Part shown: piece by piece, positions 31,203-41,546 of the stretch | Layout of the letters: the number at the start of each line of letters is the position of its first letter | How positions within the stretch are numbered: the first letter of the stretch is position 1 | NCBI GenBank assembly: GCA_963737265.1 | Contig: CAVTRY010000011.1 | Location: forward strand, 32,001-96,000 | Direction of reading: 5' to 3' | DNA: 64,000 nucleotides | Source of the DNA: an uncultured delta proteobacterium | GTDB taxonomy: Bacteria > Myxococcota_A > Polyangia > Fen-1088 | The notes under the pieces: generated by a model | Seen by the model: the letters and a program-made list of their open reading frames with translations, nothing else | Databases searched by the model: none | What the model was told of the DNA's origin: nothing | Program-made: the position numbers and the translations under genes

Positions 31203-31502
31203 ATGCCCGATGAAAGTGTTGGTAACGCCGGCGACGCTCAGCCGAAGAAGCTCAACCTGCTCTTGGATGTTCCTCTCGACCTCTCGGTCGAGCTGGGGCG
31301 AGCGCGCATGTCGATTCAAGATTTGCTCAACATGAGTCCAGGATCCGTCGTCGAGCTGGACAAGATCGCGGGCGAGCCCCTCGACCTCATGGTGAATGGC
31401 CGCCTGGTCGCGCGCGGCGAGGCCGTGGTGGTCAACGACAAATTTGGTGTGCGCATCACCGACATCGTCAGCCCGTCCGAGCGCATCGCGCGTCTGCGTT
31501 AA
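31203..31502 (+). CDS. fliN: Flagellar motor switch protein FliN
   Basis: LLLDVPLDLSVELG...ARGEAVVVNDKFGVRI. Confidence 0.95.
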   Translation: MPDESVGNAGDAQPKKLNLLLDVPLDLSVELGRARMSIQDLLNMSPGSVVELDKIAGEPLDLMVNGRLVARGEAVVVNDKFGVRITDIVSPSERIARLR

Positions 31503-31514
31503 CTGGAGGTCTTC

Positions 31515-32825
31515 ATGCTTCTCCCTGTCGTCTTTCTTCCCCTGGCCGCGGTTCTCATCAACGACGCCAAGACCGACTTTTCCAATCACGCCATCACCGT
31601 CGATATCGCGACATCGGAACCAGTCCTGCGCGAGGATGTGCGTGGCGTCTCGGGTGGTCCACGCCGCTTGTACATCTATCTCAACGACACGGTGGCGAGC
31701 CATCGAGAGTTTGGCGCGGGACCCGACGCCATCGTCGTGCGCCCGCGCGCTCGTTACACCAAATTGGAGGTTCCCACGCCCGCTCGTTGCGCGGAACCGC
31801 TTTCGATCGAGCAGACGCCGGCCGGCATTCGCGTGCGGGCGACTTGCCGAGACGTCGGTCCAAATGGAAGTGTTTTTACCGCGCCTGCAGTCCTGCGAAA
31901 CACCGCGGACGCGGAGCGGCCCGAGCCGGATGCGCCTCGGTCGGCGATGGTGCGAGGTAAGGTGCACGAGGACTTGCTGAGAGCCGCGCTCGCGATTCCC
32001 CCTGGTGCGCTCGCCGCGCAAAACGCAGCGGAGGCGGCCGGAACAGACAACGACGAGCGAGCTGCCGGTAGCGGGCGGGCCAAAGACGATGCCGCCGGCA
32101 ACCCGGCGGCGCCGTCCGCACAGGCCGGGAAGCCGCTGGCGGGAGGAGTTCCTGAAAGGGCGGCGAAGGTTGGCGTCGTTGCGGTGGTGGACGCGGTGGC
32201 GGGCGGCAAGGATCCGGTCGCGACCACGGCGGTCGCGCAGCCGGACGCGCCCACCGTAGCTCTGGCCGGAACCAGCGACTCGGCGTCGGCGCCGTCCGGA
32301 TCGGGATCGGGCAAGGACGCAAATTCCGGCTCGAGTGTCGTGTCCACGGTTTTCGCGGTGGCGTTGCTGGTTGGGCTGGGTGTGGCTGCCGCCGTGCTCG
32401 CCCGTCGTCGCGTCAAGGGGAGCCGAATGATTCGCATCGTGGAGACGGCCTCGATTGGCCCCAAGCGCTCGCTGGTCGTGGCGTGCATTGGCGGACGGAC
32501 CATGGTTCTCGGCGTGAGCGAGGCGGGCGTGTCGCTGCTCGATTCGCAAGACTCGTCGCCCGTGATTTCGGAGGCGCCCGCGCACCTGCCGGCTGTGAAC
32601 GATGTGGATGCGGCGGCCGGACAGCGCGGCCAACCGTTTCGTGAAGTGGAGGGAAGCGAGCAGAAGAATGAGAGCTCGCTACTCAGTCGCCTGTTCCCGC
32701 GGAGCAAAGCCACGGCTGGGGACGACCACCGTTCGCATGATTTCGAAAACCTCCTGTCCGAGAGTCTCGAAGACGAGGAGTTGCGCCGCAAGCTATCGCT
32801 CGGCGAGGCCGGACGGGTGGCGTGA
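31515..32825 (+). CDS. fliO: FliO with long N-terminal periplasmic extension
   Basis: TM then IRIVETASIGPKRSLVVACIGGRTMVLGVSEAGVSLL; between fliN and fliP. Confidence 0.8.
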   Translation: MLLPVVFLPLAAVLINDAKTDFSNHAITVDIATSEPVLREDVRGVSGGPRRLYIYLNDTVASHREFGAGPDAIVVRPRARYTKLEVPTPARCAEPLSIEQTPAGIRVRATCRDVGPNGSVFTAPAVLRNTADAERPEPDAPRSAMVRGKVHEDLLRAALAIPPGALAAQNAAEAAGTDNDERAAGSGRAKDDAAGNPAAPSAQAGKPLAGGVPERAAKVGVVAVVDAVAGGKDPVATTAVAQPDAPTVALAGTSDSASAPSGSGSGKDANSGSSVVSTVFAVALLVGLGVAAAVLARRRVKGSRMIRIVETASIGPKRSLVVACIGGRTMVLGVSEAGVSLLDSQDSSPVISEAPAHLPAVNDVDAAAGQRGQPFREVEGSEQKNESSLLSRLFPRSKATAGDDHRSHDFENLLSESLEDEELRRKLSLGEAGRVA

Positions 32826-33517
32826 ACGTGCCGACCGCCGCCGCGCCATCACTCGCCGATTTCGCCAGTGCGGGTTTGCAAACCGCCGCAGGCCAGGGGT
32901 CGACCGCGGTCAAGCTGTTCTTGGTTCTGACTGCGTTGTCGTTCGGAACCGCGATCGTTCTCTCGGTCACGTCCTTCACTCGCATCATCATCGTCTTTTC
33001 CTTTTTGCGCCAGGCGATGGGCACGCCGCAATTGCCGCCCAATCAGGTGCTGGTTGGGCTTTCGCTCTTTCTGACCCTGTTCATCATGGCTCCCACGGTA
33101 CGCAAGATTCACGAACAGGCCTTGACGCCGCTGATGGATGACAAGATTTCCATCGGCGAGGCGCTTGGTCGCGCCCAGGCGCCGCTGTCCGAGTGGATGC
33201 TCAAGCAAACCCGCGACGATGACCTGCGCCTATTTTTCGAAGTGTCGGGCACGCCTCGCCCGGCGCGCGGGGACGTGGTGCCGTTCACCGTGCTCGTGCC
33301 GTCGTTCATGATCTCGGAGCTTGGCACCGCCTTTCGCATGGGACTTTTTCTCTTCATTCCCATGCTGCTTATCGATCTGCTGGTGTCCATCATCATGATG
33401 TCACTCGGCATGATGATGGTGCCGCCGACCCTGGTCGCCATGCCGCTCAAACTCGGCGTGTTCCTGCTGGCCGGCGGCTGGCACTTGGTCGTCTCCTCGA
33501 TTATTCGGAGCTTTTGA
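32822..33517 (+). CDS. fliP: Flagellar export protein FliP
   Basis: TSFTRIIIV, PPNQVL, PSFMISEL, LGMMMVPP. Confidence 0.95.
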   Translation: MNVPTAAAPSLADFASAGLQTAAGQGSTAVKLFLVLTALSFGTAIVLSVTSFTRIIIVFSFLRQAMGTPQLPPNQVLVGLSLFLTLFIMAPTVRKIHEQALTPLMDDKISIGEALGRAQAPLSEWMLKQTRDDDLRLFFEVSGTPRPARGDVVPFTVLVPSFMISELGTAFRMGLFLFIPMLLIDLLVSIIMMSLGMMMVPPTLVAMPLKLGVFLLAGGWHLVVSSIIRSF

Positions 33518-33783
33518 TGTCGACCGATCTGCCGTCCAGTCTGATGCGTGAAGGCTTCGCCGTGATCGCCACCGTGGGCGGGCCGTTTGTGATCGGGCTG
33601 CTGGTGATCGGTCTTCTCGTTGGCCTTCTGCAGGCCGCGACCCAAATCAACGATCCGGCGGTCGGGTTTCTTCCCCGGCTCGTGACCGGGCTGCTGGTCG
33701 CCTATTTCACCGGTCCGTGGGCGGTCGAGCGCCTGGCGCGCTACGTGGCCGCGGCGTTCCGGGGTATGTCCGGTCAGATGTGA
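33517..33783 (+). CDS. fliQ: Flagellar export protein FliQ
   Basis: GLLVGLLQAATQINDPAVGFLPR. Confidence 0.92.
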   Translation: MSTDLPSSLMREGFAVIATVGGPFVIGLLVIGLLVGLLQAATQINDPAVGFLPRLVTGLLVAYFTGPWAVERLARYVAAAFRGMSGQM

Positions 33784-33787
33784 GACC

Positions 33788-34543
33788 ATGCTGGCGACGT
33801 CGTTCTTGCCATTGACGATCGGCTTCTTCCTCGTGTTGGTCCGCTGCACGAGCCTCTTCATGATGGCACCGATCTTCAGCGCCAAGACGATCCCAGCCCT
33901 GGTGCGCATGGGCTTCGCCGTACCGGTCGCGGCTGCGGTTTTCGTGGGGGCCGGGTCGCCGACCTTTGCCAGCTTCGATCGTCTGCCGCACCTGATCCCG
34001 GCGGTGGTCATGGAAGTCGTCATCGGGCTTGGCGCTGGGCTCTCCGCACGCTTCGCCATCGAGGCGGCCGCGGCAGCCGGCAGCGCCATGGCCGTGGGAA
34101 TGGGCATCAGCTTTGGTTCTGTCATCGATCCGCTGCACGGGGCGGAATCCACCGCCATCGGCGACCTGCTTTCGTTTCTGGCCATGGCCGTGGCGCTGGT
34201 CACCGGCCTTCATCGCGAGGCCGTGGTTTGGCTGTGCCGTTCGGTGCGAGAAAATCCGCCGGGCTCCGACTTCTCCGTCGCCACCATCGCCACGCGGGTA
34301 ATCTCCGACGGAACGGCGTCGTTCGCCCTGGCTGTCCGCCTGGCCTATCCGGTCTTGGCAGCGGTGACGCTCGGCCATCTCGGACTTGGGCTGCTCAATC
34401 GCGCCGCGCCCCAGATGAATTTGTCCAACATCGGCTTTACGGTCGCGCTCCTGGCCGGCGGTGGGGCGTTTTACCTGGTTGCCCCGGGCGCCGCAGTGCT
34501 GGCCGCGCAGGCCGCGCGCACGGCGTTTGCAGGTCATTACTGA
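33788..34543 (+). CDS. fliR: Flagellar export protein FliR
   Basis: Multi-TM, MAPIFS, EVVIG, LLNRAAPQMN. Confidence 0.92.
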   Translation: MLATSFLPLTIGFFLVLVRCTSLFMMAPIFSAKTIPALVRMGFAVPVAAAVFVGAGSPTFASFDRLPHLIPAVVMEVVIGLGAGLSARFAIEAAAAAGSAMAVGMGISFGSVIDPLHGAESTAIGDLLSFLAMAVALVTGLHREAVVWLCRSVRENPPGSDFSVATIATRVISDGTASFALAVRLAYPVLAAVTLGHLGLGLLNRAAPQMNLSNIGFTVALLAGGGAFYLVAPGAAVLAAQAARTAFAGHY

Positions 34544-34558
34544 GATGGTCCGAGCGCC

Positions 34559-35635
34559 ATGTCCGACGACGCACGCGATGACGAGAAGACAGAACAAGCG
34601 AGCCAGCGCCGAATGCAGTCGGCGCGGGAGAACGGTGACATTGCCGTCGCTCGTGACGTGGGGATGTTGGCGGCGCTCGCCGCGGGTGGAGGGGTACTCG
34701 CCGCGGTTGGGTCCAGCCTGCGCGACTCGCTGGTCAACATGGTCTTCGCCGCGGCGGATGGTTTGGGGAATCCATCTGCGGATCGCCTGGTTCCCTACCT
34801 GTCGCGGCCAGCCTTCGCCACGGTAATGGTTCCAGCCGCGGTGGCGCTGGCGGTCGCCATCGTCTACGCCATGCAGACCCGTCTTGGCCTGTGGCCGGAA
34901 TTGACCTTTCCCGATTTCACGCGTGTGTTTTCGGCCGGCCGAATCAAACGCCTGTTGCAGAAGGATACGTTCATCGATCTCGGGATGTCGGCGGTCAAGG
35001 TGCTGACGCTGGGATGGGCGCTGGTCAGCACCTTTCGCGCCACGTTTCTGTCGTTGCCGCGCATGCTTTCCATGTCCACCGCCGCGCAAGTGGAAGCGAC
35101 CTATCATCCGCTGGCGACCGGGCTGGCCAGGATTCTGTCAGTCGTCGCCTTGCTGGCGGGCGCGGACTTTGCACTGACGCGCTTCCGGTACAAGCGGCGC
35201 ATGAAGATGACCAAGGACGATGCCAAGCGCGACCGTCGGGAAGAAGAGGGCGATCCTCTGATTCGCTCCCGCCGCCGGCGCAGACACCGCGAGCTGGCCA
35301 AGGGCTTGGTGAAGGTCGAAGTTCCGCGCGCCGACGCATTGATTGTCAATCCAACCCACATCGCCATCGCCATCCGCTATCAGCCCGGCGAGGACTCGGC
35401 ACCGCGCGTGACCGCCAAGGGCAAGGGACAGCTTGCCGAAATCATGCGCGACCTTGCGCGCATGCACGGCATTCCCATCGTAGAGGACATCGCGTTGGCG
35501 CGCCTGCTTTACCGGCGCGTGAAGGTCGGGCGTTGCGTTCCCATGGAAACCTTCAAGGCCGTCGCCGCCATCCTGGCCTATGTCTACCGCGTGCTCGGGC
35601 GTGGTCCCGTGCGGGCCGCAGGAGGTTCGCGATGA
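34559..35635 (+). CDS. flhB: Flagellar export protein FlhB
   Basis: EKTEQAS, EEEGDP, NPTH autocleavage motif, AKGKG. Confidence 0.95.
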   Translation: MSDDARDDEKTEQASQRRMQSARENGDIAVARDVGMLAALAAGGGVLAAVGSSLRDSLVNMVFAAADGLGNPSADRLVPYLSRPAFATVMVPAAVALAVAIVYAMQTRLGLWPELTFPDFTRVFSAGRIKRLLQKDTFIDLGMSAVKVLTLGWALVSTFRATFLSLPRMLSMSTAAQVEATYHPLATGLARILSVVALLAGADFALTRFRYKRRMKMTKDDAKRDRREEEGDPLIRSRRRRRHRELAKGLVKVEVPRADALIVNPTHIAIAIRYQPGEDSAPRVTAKGKGQLAEIMRDLARMHGIPIVEDIALARLLYRRVKVGRCVPMETFKAVAAILAYVYRVLGRGPVRAAGGSR

Positions 35636-37737
35636 GCGAAGTCCCAGGCGCGGCGGCGAAAGAGACGCCAGCGTCCGCGCGCAGTGAAGCCGCGCTGGCG
35701 GGCGCGGTGTTGGGCGTGGTCGCCATCCTCGTCATGCCCTTGCCGGCGATGGCTCTCGATGCGCTGTTAGCGATCAGCATCGGAATCTCGCTGCTGGTTC
35801 TGCTGGTTTCGTTGGGCGTCGCGCGCGCTCTCGATTTCTCCGTTTTCCCCTCACTGCTGCTCATCGTCACCCTATTTCGGCTGGGGCTCAACGTCGCCAC
35901 CACCCGGCTCATCCTGCTCGAAGGCGCGGCTGGAACGGGCGCCGCCGGACACATCATTCAGGCCTTCGGTCAGTTCGCGGTCGGCGGGAGTTTGATCGTC
36001 GGCTCGGTGGTCTTCCTCATTCTCTTGGTGGTGAACTTCGCGGTCATCACGCGCGGGTCGGGCCGCGTGGCCGAGGTCGCGGCGCGCTTCACCTTGGACG
36101 CGTTGCCGGGCAAGCAGATGTCCATCGACGCCGACCTCGCCGCCGGCATCATCGACGATCGCGAGGCGCGACGTCGCCGCAAGGCCTTGGAACAGGAGAT
36201 TGAATTCTTCGGTGCCATGGACGGTGCCAGCAAGTTCGTGCGCGGCGACGCCGTCGCGGGCTTGGTCATCACCTGCATCAACATCGTGGGCGGCCTCATC
36301 GCAGGCATGGGCCGCGATCACATGTCGCTGTCGAGCGCGATCGAGACCTTCACCATTCTCACCATCGGCGATGGGTTGGTCAGCCAGATTCCCGCGCTGC
36401 TTGTCTCCACCGCTGCCGGTATCATCGTCACGCGCGCCAGCTCGGGTGCCCGTCTGGGCGCGGAAGTCGGTGCGCAGGTGTTCGGCCAGCGCCGCGTCCT
36501 CAAGCACGCGTCAGGGGTCATGCTGGCCATTGGACTTCTGCCTGGTATGCCGCTTCTCGTGTTTGCGGGGCTGGCGGGGCTGTCCTTCTGGTTGTCCCGC
36601 CGCAAGCCAAGCAAGGCAACGCCAACGCCCGCGGCACAGACCGCCGCGGCCGGGCCGCAGCAGGAAACCCTGGGATCCATGGTGGATCTGGATACGCTGG
36701 AATTGGAAGTGGGACACGGCCTGCTGTCGATCATCGACCTCGATCGTGGCGGCGAGTTGCCCGGGCGCGTGTCGGCCTTGCGCAAGCAGATCGCCAGCGA
36801 GCTTGGCATCGTGATTCCGGCGGTGCACCTGCGCGACAACCTACGCTTGGATGCCAACGAGTATCGCATCAGGTTGCGCGGCCTGGACGTCGCCACGGGA
36901 ATCGCCTATGTCGATCGCCTGATGGCGCTCGACCCCTCGGGCTCCACGCCGCGCCTCAATGGCGTCGACGGACTGCACGCCAAGGAGCCCGCGTTTGGCT
37001 TGCCCGCGATCTGGATCTTTCCCGGCGATCGATCGCGCGCCGAGAGCGCCGGCCTGACGGTTGTCGATCCCGCCTCGGTCATGACGACGCACCTGTGCGA
37101 GGTCCTGCGCCGAAACGCGCACGAGCTGGTCGGGCGCCAAGAGGTCCAGGAGTTGCTCGCTCACGCCGGCAAGGAAGCACCCAAGTTGGTCGAGGATGTG
37201 GTGCCAGGTACGATTTCTCTCGGCGAGGTCGTGCGCGTGGTGCGCGGCGTGCTCAGGGAAGGACTTTCCATCCGCGACTTCCGCAGCATCCTCGAAGCCG
37301 TGGGCGACGCCGCCCCACGCAGCAAGGACACGACCTTCCTGGTCGAGCAAGTTCGCCGCCGCTTGGCTCGCCAGATCACGTCGCGCGTGGCCGACGCCAA
37401 GGGCGTGGTCCATGCGCTGACGCTCGACCGCAACACCGAAGATCTTCTGCGCAAGTCGCTCGGGCAAAGCGAGGGCGAGGCAACCCTGGCGCCTGACGTG
37501 GCGACGGCCAAGCGTTTCATTTCGAACCTGGAAGCGCACGCGGCCAATTTCGCCGCCTCCGGCCGTCCGACCACGCTCGTCACGCCACCCGACCTGCGCC
37601 GTCCGATTTACGACTTCGCCTCGCGCTTCGTTCCCGATCTTTGGGTGGTGACCGCGCGCGAGCTGGTGTCCGGCACGCAAGTGGAACCTGCCGGAACAAT
37701 CGATTTGAATCCCGCGTCCTGGACCAAGGCTGCCTGA
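35632..37737 (+). CDS. flhA: Flagellar export protein FlhA
   Basis: FSVFPSLLL, RVAEVAARFTLDALPGKQMSIDADL, FFGAMDGASKFVRGDA; start overlaps flhB stop. Confidence 0.96.
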   Translation: MSEVPGAAAKETPASARSEAALAGAVLGVVAILVMPLPAMALDALLAISIGISLLVLLVSLGVARALDFSVFPSLLLIVTLFRLGLNVATTRLILLEGAAGTGAAGHIIQAFGQFAVGGSLIVGSVVFLILLVVNFAVITRGSGRVAEVAARFTLDALPGKQMSIDADLAAGIIDDREARRRRKALEQEIEFFGAMDGASKFVRGDAVAGLVITCINIVGGLIAGMGRDHMSLSSAIETFTILTIGDGLVSQIPALLVSTAAGIIVTRASSGARLGAEVGAQVFGQRRVLKHASGVMLAIGLLPGMPLLVFAGLAGLSFWLSRRKPSKATPTPAAQTAAAGPQQETLGSMVDLDTLELEVGHGLLSIIDLDRGGELPGRVSALRKQIASELGIVIPAVHLRDNLRLDANEYRIRLRGLDVATGIAYVDRLMALDPSGSTPRLNGVDGLHAKEPAFGLPAIWIFPGDRSRAESAGLTVVDPASVMTTHLCEVLRRNAHELVGRQEVQELLAHAGKEAPKLVEDVVPGTISLGEVVRVVRGVLREGLSIRDFRSILEAVGDAAPRSKDTTFLVEQVRRRLARQITSRVADAKGVVHALTLDRNTEDLLRKSLGQSEGEATLAPDVATAKRFISNLEAHAANFAASGRPTTLVTPPDLRRPIYDFASRFVPDLWVVTARELVSGTQVEPAGTIDLNPASWTKAA

Positions 37738-37768
37738 CGACGCTTCGACGTTTGGACTGGAGACAACC

Positions 37769-38869
37769 ATGAACGCAACGGTAAAGACATTTCGCGGACG
37801 AGATCCCAAGTCAGCCCTCGATGCCGTCAAGGCTTCGCTCGGCGACCAGGCGATCATTCTCAACACCCGCGAGGTCGGTGGGCTGTGGGGCAAACGCGAG
37901 ATCGAAATCACCGCCGTGCAATCGGGCGGCGAGGTTCCCACCAAGAGCAGCCGGCGACCGCACGACGTGGAATCCGAGGTCTCGGCGTTGCGCCGAATCG
38001 TGGAAGACCTGCGCGCCGAGGTGCGCGGCAACCGCGCCGAACCCAAGTCGATGTCAATGACGGCGCGTCCAGAAGCCGCTCGCCCAGAAAAGGAGGGGCC
38101 GACTCCCACGGGACGTCTGCAGCAACGCCTCATCGAACGCGGCGTCGAGGCGACCCTGGCGACTGAGATCGCCCGCGAGGCGTTGCGAACCGCGGAGGGA
38201 CCGAGCGAAAAGGACACCACCGCTGCGCTTCGCCAGACGCTGCGAACGCGGCTGGCCTCGGCTCGCCCGCCGTGGGAAGGCGAGGGGCGCCGACTGGTTG
38301 CGCTGGTCGGCCCCACCGGAGTGGGGAAGACCACCACCATCGCGAAGATCGCAGCGCACGCTCTGCTCGACTCGCGGCTCAAGGTATCGCTCGTGACCGT
38401 CGACACTTATCGCATAGGTGCCAGTGAGCACATTCAGCGCTACGGCGAAATTATGAACATACCCACCCATGTTGCGCGCGACGAGGCAGGCTTGCGTGAG
38501 GCTATTTTTCGCTCGGGCGACGCGCATTTGGTGCTCGTCGATACCGCCGGCCGTTCCGATCCAGCCGCGCTGGCGGCCCAGGCGCAGCTTCTGCGCAAGG
38601 TGGAAGGCATCGAGTGCCACCTGGTGGTTTCCGCGGCGACGGGCGCGCGCGAGATCCGTGCCGCAGCCAAGCGCTTTCACGGCTATCAGCCGCAGCGGCT
38701 TATTTTCTCCAAGCTCGACGAGTCCGACGGCCCGGGTTCGATTCTCTCCGCCGCGACGGAAACCCGGGTGGCGATTTCTTGTGTCACCGACGGGCAGCGC
38801 GTTCCGGAAGACATCCATCCCGCCAGCGGTCAGAGCTTGGTCGACAGGTTGCTAGGAATCGGAGGGTGA
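37769..38869 (+). CDS. flhF: SRP-family GTPase FlhF
   Basis: GPTGVGKTTT, DTYRIGA, DTAG, SKLDE, GQRVPED. Confidence 0.95.
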   Translation: MNATVKTFRGRDPKSALDAVKASLGDQAIILNTREVGGLWGKREIEITAVQSGGEVPTKSSRRPHDVESEVSALRRIVEDLRAEVRGNRAEPKSMSMTARPEAARPEKEGPTPTGRLQQRLIERGVEATLATEIAREALRTAEGPSEKDTTAALRQTLRTRLASARPPWEGEGRRLVALVGPTGVGKTTTIAKIAAHALLDSRLKVSLVTVDTYRIGASEHIQRYGEIMNIPTHVARDEAGLREAIFRSGDAHLVLVDTAGRSDPAALAAQAQLLRKVEGIECHLVVSAATGAREIRAAAKRFHGYQPQRLIFSKLDESDGPGSILSAATETRVAISCVTDGQRVPEDIHPASGQSLVDRLLGIGG

Positions 38870-39753
38870 GTTTGGACCAAGCGGAAAACCTCAGATTGCG
38901 CGTGGCAGGCGGCAAACCAGTCGGCGTCGCGGCGGTCGAGCCCCTGCGCGTGATGGCCGTGACCAGTGGCAAAGGCGGCGTGGGCAAGACCATGCTCACC
39001 GCCAACTTGGCCGTCCTCGCCGCCAAGCGCGGCAAGCGCGTGCTCATCATCGACGCCGACCTCGGGCTCGCCAACGTCGAGATCGTCTTCGGCGTGAAAC
39101 CCAAGCGCCACATGGGCGACCTCTTGCACCCCGAGGTTTCGGTCGATGACGTCTTGATTGAAGTGCGCCCCGGCATCCACATTCTTCCCGCAGCCTCGGG
39201 CATCCAGCATCTCACCCAGCTCGGCGAGGAAGACAAGCTTCACCTCATCGCCACGCTCGACGGACTCGCCGATCGATTCGATCTGGTGCTCATCGACTCG
39301 GGCGCTGGCATTGGCGACAACGTGCTCTTCTTCGTGGGGATCGCGCAGGAAATCGTTCTCGTGGTGACGCCGGAACCCACTTCTCTCGTGGACGCCTACG
39401 CCGCAGTGAAGGTGCTGTCGCAACAGATGGGTCTGAAGGATTTCGGCGTGGTCGTCAACGCCGTTGTCGACGAGATGGCCGCGCGCGACGTCTTCCAGAA
39501 ACTGGTCACCTTGGCCGATAGGTTTCTGAGCGTCCGCATTCGCCACCTGGGCTACATCACCCGCGACGAGAACGTGCACCGGGCCATCATGGCGCAGAAG
39601 CCAATCACGGATCTGTTTGCTCAGGCTCCGGCAAGTCGCGCGCTGAGCTTGGTCGCGGATCGCCTGTTCAACTCTGCACCGCCTCCGGCTGTGGACGGTG
39701 GCATGAAGCTGATGTGGCACCGCCTTTTCCGGGAGGCCGGCGTGCCGAGGTAA
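38866..39753 (+). CDS. flhG: MinD-like ATPase FlhG/FleN
   Basis: DQAENLR, TSGKGGVGKT, DADLGLAN, TPEPTSLVDAYA. Confidence 0.93.
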   Translation: MSLDQAENLRLRVAGGKPVGVAAVEPLRVMAVTSGKGGVGKTMLTANLAVLAAKRGKRVLIIDADLGLANVEIVFGVKPKRHMGDLLHPEVSVDDVLIEVRPGIHILPAASGIQHLTQLGEEDKLHLIATLDGLADRFDLVLIDSGAGIGDNVLFFVGIAQEIVLVVTPEPTSLVDAYAAVKVLSQQMGLKDFGVVVNAVVDEMAARDVFQKLVTLADRFLSVRIRHLGYITRDENVHRAIMAQKPITDLFAQAPASRALSLVADRLFNSAPPPAVDGGMKLMWHRLFREAGVPR

Positions 39754-39764
39754 CCGGAGTGACG

Positions 39765-40469
39765 ATGCACAGGGCCATTGCGACCTACGCCACCAGCGCT
39801 CCGGTTCTGTCCGACGAAGCCGCGCTGCTCGAAAAGTACCAGAGCCTGATCGAACGAATCGCGCGGCGGCTGGTGTGGCGAACCGGCATGCACAGCGCCT
39901 ACGATGATCTTTGGTCGGCCGGCGGGTTGGCCCTCATCGAGGCCGGGCGGCGCTACGATCCAGCGAAAGGCGCGACCTTTGCGACCTTCGCCGAGCACCG
40001 GGTGCGCGGCGCCATGATCGATGAATTGCGCAGCATGGACCACCTTCCGCGGCGTTTGCGCAATCGCACCGACGACATGGCCAAGGCCAAGCGCAAGCTG
40101 GAAGAGGAATTGGGGCGGGAAGCGACGACGGACGAGATCGCCAAAGAATTGGATCTGGACATCGACGAGGTGGCGGGCATCGCTGCGCTGATGGAACCGC
40201 ACCTGCCGTTAGACTCGGTCCTTCATCGCGTCTCCAGCACGGATGATTCGGATGCGGCTCTGGAGCGGGCGGAGACCGTCCGACGGCTCAGCCGCGCGCT
40301 CGAAGCACTGCCCGAGCGCCTGCGCATGGTGCTCGGCTTGCACTACGACGAAGACCTTACCTATCGCGAGATCGCCAAGCTCATGCAGATCAGCGAGCCA
40401 CGCGTGTGCCAATTGCATGGCGATGCGCTGAAGAAGATGCGCGAGGCGATGAAGGACGAAGAAGAGTAG
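39765..40469 (+). CDS. fliA: Flagellar sigma factor FliA (sigma28)
   Basis: RVRGAMIDELRSMD, ISEPRVCQLH; follows flhF-flhG. Confidence 0.93.
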   Translation: MHRAIATYATSAPVLSDEAALLEKYQSLIERIARRLVWRTGMHSAYDDLWSAGGLALIEAGRRYDPAKGATFATFAEHRVRGAMIDELRSMDHLPRRLRNRTDDMAKAKRKLEEELGREATTDEIAKELDLDIDEVAGIAALMEPHLPLDSVLHRVSSTDDSDAALERAETVRRLSRALEALPERLRMVLGLHYDEDLTYREIAKLMQISEPRVCQLHGDALKKMREAMKDEEE

Positions 40470-40494
40470 CGAGGCAGAGGGCCGCCTGGCGCGG

Positions 40495-41388
40495 CTACTT
40501 GAAGACCCTGACCGACGGTAGCAGCTTCTCGAACTGGGTCAGGGTGGACATGACTTGGTCACCTTTGAGCCCGAGATCCGTGAATACGGTCTCGGCCGGA
40601 TCGAGCAATCGTTTCGATGCTCGTCCGATTCCCATGGCGTCGGCGAAGGCGTCGGCGCCGGCGATGAGGTTGGCGGAGAAGTGGTGCCCGCCGAGCTTGT
40701 AGTTGTGGTGGTGGGCGGCGGCCTCGACGGTGCTGCTGGGAAGCTTCCACACCATGCACGCAGCGGCGCCGACCTTGCTGTGGTACGCCTGCAACGCATC
40801 CATGATGATGCCGAGAAACACCGGTTCCTTGGCCATTTCCCAGGTGACCTTGCCACTCTTCACGCAGCGATCGAGCAAGATGAGGTCGCCGATGTCGTGC
40901 AGCAGACCGGCGGTGAAGGCCGCCTCCATGGGCAGACGCAGTGTGGACGCGATCAGACGCGCGGCCAGCGCCGTTGCCGGAAAGCGCGAGGTGACTTGCT
41001 GAACGTGGTCGTCGAAGCCGCGAATGCGAAACATGGTGGAGCTGGTCACGACCATCATGACGATGTCGCTCACATTAGACAGGCCGATGCGCACGATGGC
41101 GTCGCGCACGCTGACGATCGGCATGCGCGGAGCGAACAGGGGCGAGTTGGCGACCGAGACCATTTGTGCGCTTATGAATGGATCGCGCGACACGGATTTT
41201 TCGATGCGGAGCGCGTCGCTAGAAGCGTGCTGGCACAGCTCCATCACCTCGGCCGCTACATCGGGCAGGCTGCGCTTAATGGCATGCGTGTCCTGGATGA
41301 CCTCGCGGGCGCAGTCGGCGATGATCTGTGTCAGCTCTGCGGGATCGGGTACAACCGTCGCGCGGTCCGCTTTGCGAAAGCCAAGCAT
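40495..41388 (-). CDS. Stand-alone HDOD domain protein
   Basis: SLPDVA, RDPFISAQMVSVANS, AIVRIG, GLLHDIG, WKLP...HH. Confidence 0.9.
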   Translation of the reverse strand: MLGFRKADRATVVPDPAELTQIIADCAREVIQDTHAIKRSLPDVAAEVMELCQHASSDALRIEKSVSRDPFISAQMVSVANSPLFAPRMPIVSVRDAIVRIGLSNVSDIVMMVVTSSTMFRIRGFDDHVQQVTSRFPATALAARLIASTLRLPMEAAFTAGLLHDIGDLILLDRCVKSGKVTWEMAKEPVFLGIIMDALQAYHSKVGAAACMVWKLPSSTVEAAAHHHNYKLGGHHFSANLIAGADAFADAMGIGRASKRLLDPAETVFTDLGLKGDQVMSTLTQFEKLLPSVRVFK

Positions 41389-41400
41389 CGTGTGTTAGTC

Positions 41401-41428
41401 GGGTCGGCAGAATAGTCCGGCTGGTTGA
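41401..41428 (-). promoter_or_regulatory. Putative sigma28 promoter for HDOD gene
   Basis: TCAAC-N15-GCCGACCC; an overlapping TTAAG-N15-GCCGGACT lies at 41414-41441. Confidence 0.45.
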
Positions 41429-41546
41429 GGACAATTCTTAATGGCGCGCGTGTGTGCCGAAAGGCAGAGCAGAGGCATGATGGTTCGCGCAGGCATCAAG
41501 CCGAATCGCCAACCAGTCGATGGGCCGGATATAGGTTTTGCGGACC

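Noticed and set aside
34891-35631. 948-aa extended FlhA
   Set aside because: Extension overlaps flhB out of frame; GGAGG RBS and ATG at 35632.
32822-37737. Non-flagellar type III secretion system
   Set aside because: Embedded among hook, ring, stator and flagellin genes; no secretin or needle genes.
30996-38406. Long minus-strand ORFs (545, 466, 521 aa)
   Set aside because: Shadows of well-supported fliO-flhF genes.
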